From assembly GCF_001194135.2 (NCBI RefSeq), contig NC_068984.1, positions 21,132,860 through 21,184,633 of the forward strand: a DNA stretch of 51,774 bases. The letters are read 5' to 3'. The stretch is from Octopus bimaculoides (taxonomy: Eukaryota). The notes beneath the pieces were generated by a model. That model was not told the origin of the DNA and did not search any database. It saw nothing but the letters and a program-made list of their open reading frames with translations. A program made the position numbers and the translations under genes. This document shows positions 47,760 through 51,774 of this stretch, piece by piece (the stretch's first letter is position 1; every line of letters starts with the position of its first letter).

Positions 47760-49180
47760 TTTTTTTGGATCTATTCCGGAGCTGAGAGTGTAAGCCGTTA
47801 TCTGTTAGAGTCCTAGTGTTGTAAAAGGCTGCCCTTTCAAATATTTCCTGGATGTATTTGAGAGTCTCTTAGTACAATGGGTGTGGCAAGTATGTTCAGT
47901 AATATACCTTAGTTTCTCATATAACACATGGGAATGTTTGTAAGTAGCTGACTCTAGCTTCGGAGACTCACCGACAAAGTCAGCATTAGTAGCTGTAGTA
48001 ATCTTCAGTTCGATCCTGTTGAAAGTACCAATGAGATCTTTCTAAAGATATCTAAAAAGTAGACAAAGCAACTGTATAAGTTATATCGGTTGTCTCAACA
48101 AGCGATGCTAGAATTGACGGAAACTATTTTGAATACGCCTAAAACTACAGGCTGCTCAGATTGGATACGTCAATGTTGGCATAAGAGTCCATCAAGACGT
48201 TGAAGAGGCTTGCGGGTTGTGATTTCTAACCCAAGCCTTCTCTTTATTGCAAACTTTTACGACCATATATGGTTATTTCAATATCTTGTCTGGTAGACTT
48301 AATCTGTCTCCTTTTTAACACCTCCATCTGACCCTTGGGTGCCTTTAGCGAAATTATTCTGTTGCCACCAATAGAGTCAAGTCTTCGGTTTAAGGATGCC
48401 TTCCTCCTCACTCCCACCCATCTCAGAGGGCTTCTAAAGAGTCGTGGGCAATGCTTTCTCTCCTGTCTAAAATATTTAAAAAAAAGGACATCAATTCATT
48501 AATACTGATGCATCTACTGGCAAATTAATTCTAGAAATTTAGATATTATGGGTATAAGTCCACGATATCGAATTGTGCGAATATAGTTAGTCTTATATTT
48601 GATGTCTTTGAATCAGTCGGAAACTGTACAGATGTTAGTTCACTGCTAGAGCTGAGATGCTTTCCCAATCTTTTTATTCATATTTCTCAGTATTTTTTCG
48701 CTATTAAACCTAATTCTGTTTTATGTGAATTCCTTAGGCTATATCTTAGTTTGTTTGGGAACCTTCCCTCTTTTAATATATGAGTCGATTATTTAGGCAT
48801 TCTATTCTGTTATCCAATTTTTTTTGCCATAAAGCTTCCTCGTTGATAACACTGTAAATCTTAGCGTTTGCCTTATTTTCATATACTTATTCATGTTATC
48901 AAGTATTAATTTACTTATATTTACCGTTCTCCACTTCATAGATGTTATTCATCTTGTCCGAAAATACAAATTCATTACTTGAGGCCTTAATCCTACTTGT
49001 GCTTATTGCAGTTTCTGGATCCTACTTTAACAAGCCTGCCACCTCTTTTCGAACGACGTTTTGGCCAAAAGGGGTAGAGATGTTTATCAAAGTACAGACA
49101 TTTTTTAGTTGTCGAAGACTACATTTTAGGACCCTATTCCTGACTATAAACTCTGTCTATTCACTCAAACTAGAGCTTAA
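47760..49180 (-). mobile_element. Penelope-like element RT relic
   Basis: Minus: SDKMNNIYEV ... TELGLIAK..LRNMNKKI ... FAQFDIVDLYP ... RKSL..KEKAWV ... LKITTATN ... EKLRYI. Many stops and frameshifts. Confidence 0.8.
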
Positions 49181-49689
49181 ATGTTAAAATAAAGATACTG
49201 CCAAACGAAGATTTTAACCGTGTCTACATTTGTTATGTTTATTTTTTAAATAAGTTTATTACACGATTAATTTCCCACATAATAAGGAAAACTTATCAGA
49301 ATAATGAGAAATAAGCGCTCAGCAAATTAAGGTGCAATATATGAATTTGTGAACGTTTGTGTATGCAATACATAAAATATGTAGTTTGTTTATTTTATTA
49401 GAAGTTGACGCTTCTTCTCACGATGCCGATTATTCAAACGATTAAAGAAAGGAAACAGCGTAAGAATATATGAGCAAAAATACTGAATTCCTTAATTTAT
49501 CGATTTCTGCAAAGAATATCCCGATACCATCAAAAAAGGAACAAAATGTCTAATTGAAAAAACAAAAAAAAACCCCCCCAAAAAAACGAATATCTAAATA
49601 AGAAAATATAATATGGAAGTTAATAATATTCTATTAATAAAAGGAAGATGGAAAATAAGTTGGGCTTCAGATGTTGTAAATAACTTCCC

Positions 49690-50090
49690 TCCTACATGCA
49701 CAGAGAATATAGAACTGGAACCCTTCCAGTCAGATCCCTTCAAGATTATAAAAGGATGAGTTTTAAAAATTCATCCTACAGTTTTCGAGACATAATATTC
49801 AAAGTTTATTTTCCTCCTCCTAACTCTTTTTAGAGGTGGGAGTGGAAGATCTTCCTTGTACGTTAGCTTCTCATTGAAGCCACTCCTCACTAAATCCTTG
49901 TTGTAAGAGGGTGCAGTTTTGTTAGAGACATCTCTGAGGAGAAGAAACAAGTTCTTTATCTGAGGGTGTCACTTCCGTGATTTGAAGCCAAATTTATCTG
50001 CGGGGGTGTCACTAGTCACGTCCACGAATAAGTAAGCCTTCCAGCTCATCTTCTTCTTCACGACGCCCGCCTTCTCTCACGCTACCATTG
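49690..50090 (-). mobile_element. Second Penelope-like RT/thumb relic
   Basis: Minus: LFVDVTSDTPADKF ... KTAPSYNKDLVRSGFNEKLTYK ... KRVRRKIN ... EFLKLI. Confidence 0.65.
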
Positions 50091-50560
50091 TTGTTGTCTT
50101 TATATAACCTTTAATAAGGAAACTGAAAGTTCATACTGCTGCCACAAACGAAACTAATTTTAATCTATCAGTTGTCATTACTTTTCTACAAATGTTACTG
50201 AAACCTTTAATATCACTGGAATTTTCTAACGATAACAAGGCAAACGATTCCTATCCAGCAACCATCCACCAGTTAATATAAAGCCGAGCAGTGTTGAAAT
50301 AACAGTTCCTCTGCGTGATACTAACTGATCAGTGAGAACAAACGTCGCTCAATAACTATTACCTTTATTTAAAACACGTAGTGGCCTTATCAGTCGGTGT
50401 TGTCGCATCTAATGGATCAAGGTGTTCTTGCCCTTGTTAAACTTTCAGCAACGAAAAACTGAGTCAAACTGTTAATACAAATATTTAACTTTGACGACAA
50501 GTGTTGAGAGCTCTTTTCTTTCATTTGTAGATGTTTCGAGCGTCTCTCTGTCTGTCTGTC

Positions 50561-50745
50561 TGTATGTATGTATGTATGTATGTATGTATGTATGTATGTA
50601 TGTATGTATGTATGTATGATGTATGTATGTATGTATGATGTATGTATGTATTATGATGTATGTATGTATGTATGTATGTATGTATGTATGTATGTACGTA
50701 TGTATGTATGTATGTATGTATGTAGGTACGTATGTATGTATGTAT
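50561..50745. repeat. (TATG)n microsatellite with TGA interruptions
   Basis: Directly visible. Confidence 0.95.
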
Positions 50746-50852
50746 AAGTGAGCCAACAAGGGAACTTTACATGGCTATTCTAGAAATAGGAACCACGCCC
50801 AGTATCGGAAAGCCTTTTATCATAAGTCTACTTGATCAAAGTTGATCTAGAG

Positions 50853-51370
50853 CAGGGGTTGGAAACCCCTGCCCGCGAGCACATTTTATTGCGCCCGCAG
50901 GCTGATATACTCGCATGTACAAAATATAATAAATTTTTCAACTATAAAATTTATACCATATTCATACGCCTATTTGCGACATAGGTCACGTCTCCACCAC
51001 GGCTTAAAACGGTTAGACTCGAATAGAAATTGTCCGGTAATTGCCATTTGAATGGAAATTTTGTTTTCACTATAAAACACATATTGCTAGGTTTGTACCA
51101 TCCCCTTGAGACCCAACTACACTCTAGCTGAAAAGTATAGGATACCTCATGAGTAGTATAAACGTCTTAAATTCAGTGGCGGCATTAATGAAGATGTTAC
51201 GCGTTAATTTAATGCCTTAAACTTATCTTTATTACTGTGTTTCGAATTATATATACATAGATATATACAAGATTTACACAGATATAAGAGTTAGAACTTG
51301 TGATCCACCCGCGGACCTTTTTTAATTGGAAATTTTTGCCCACCGCATTAAAAAGTTTCCCCCACCCCTG
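50853..51370. mobile_element. hAT-Charlie-type MITE, 518 bp, with 8-bp TSD
   Basis: TIRs CAGGGGTTGGAAAC and GTTTCCCCCACCCCTG. Flanks ATCTAGAG (50845-50852) and ATCTACAG (51371-51378) match at 7/8 and fit the Charlie NTCTAGAN target. Confidence 0.88.
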
Positions 51371-51496
51371 ATCTACAGGTAATTAATAAACCAGCAAAGT
51401 AGCGTCTTCAAGTATGTTTATGTGTGTGTGTGTTTGCCTGTATCGATATACATTTGTATATTCAGACTCACATTTATGTATGTATTGACAAATGCA

Positions 51497-51522
51497 TATC
51501 TATCTATCTATCTATCTATCTG

Positions 51523-51591
<69 letters not shown>

Positions 51592-51592
51592 C
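51497..51592. repeat. (TCTA)n microsatellite
   Basis: Directly visible. Confidence 0.95.
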
Positions 51593-51774
51593 AAGCCCAT
51601 GCCGTCAAGTAGCGCCTCCGTCGTGGGACGTTGGACTGACGGTCCGGTTGAGTTGCTCGGGGTCTGGTTTGGTCCAGACCTCCAAACGGAGAAGAACTGG
51701 GACGAGATAACGAGAAGGGTGGCCACTCTAGCCCGGCAATGGGCCGAGAGGAAGCTTTCCCTGAAAGGTCGGGC
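51593..51774 (+). mobile_element. L1/Tx1-group LINE ORF2, 5'-truncated, continuing past the window end
   Basis: Open frame KPMPSSSASVVGRWTDGPVELLGVWFGPDLQTEKNWDEITRRVATLARQWAERKLSLKGR, cf. L1/Tx1 post-RT motif (Y)LGxxF...NW......W..RxLSLxGR. Confidence 0.85.

Noticed and set aside
101-51612. Many ORFs of the VCVCVC, HTHTHT, YIHT, IYLS, poly-I or poly-X type in the ORF track
   Set aside because: They are translations of microsatellites or of N-gaps (1486-1735, 4133-4504, 5625-6011, 7410-7533, 11691-12125, 21909-22216, 27986-28472, 30525-31404, 33595-33604, 41204-41727, 46339-46949), not genes.

Overview
Eukaryotic, AT-rich, microsatellite-dense draft-assembly DNA with 11 N-gaps (about 4.4 kb in total). 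The SINE, LINE and microsatellite make-up resembles an octopus genome; this is an inference from repeat character, not a database match. I find no recognisable host protein-coding exon, rRNA, true tRNA gene or CRISPR array, so the window reads as a large intron or intergenic region. Almost all long ORFs in the track are artefacts of microsatellites or N-runs. What can be supported is a layered set of mobile elements. (1) Three tRNA-derived SINE families, two copies with intact 15-16 bp TSDs. (2) Decayed LINEs of the CR1/L2, RTE, R4/Dong and L1/Tx1 groups. (3) Penelope-like RT relics and termini. (4) Mariner relics and MITEs, a hAT MITE with TSD, a foldback element and Helitrons. The most interesting observations are: a minimal hammerhead-ribozyme-like fold with a variant core (40024-40060); a 182-bp head-to-tail SINE multimer; a SINE tail homologous to a separate LINE-like 3' end; a ~2 kb block bounded by long direct repeats around a near-intact LINE ORF1 5' end; and microsatellite-targeted retroposons. 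Family assignments come from hand translation and motif recognition, and boundaries of decayed elements are approximate. Nothing here amounts to a demonstrated new biological system.
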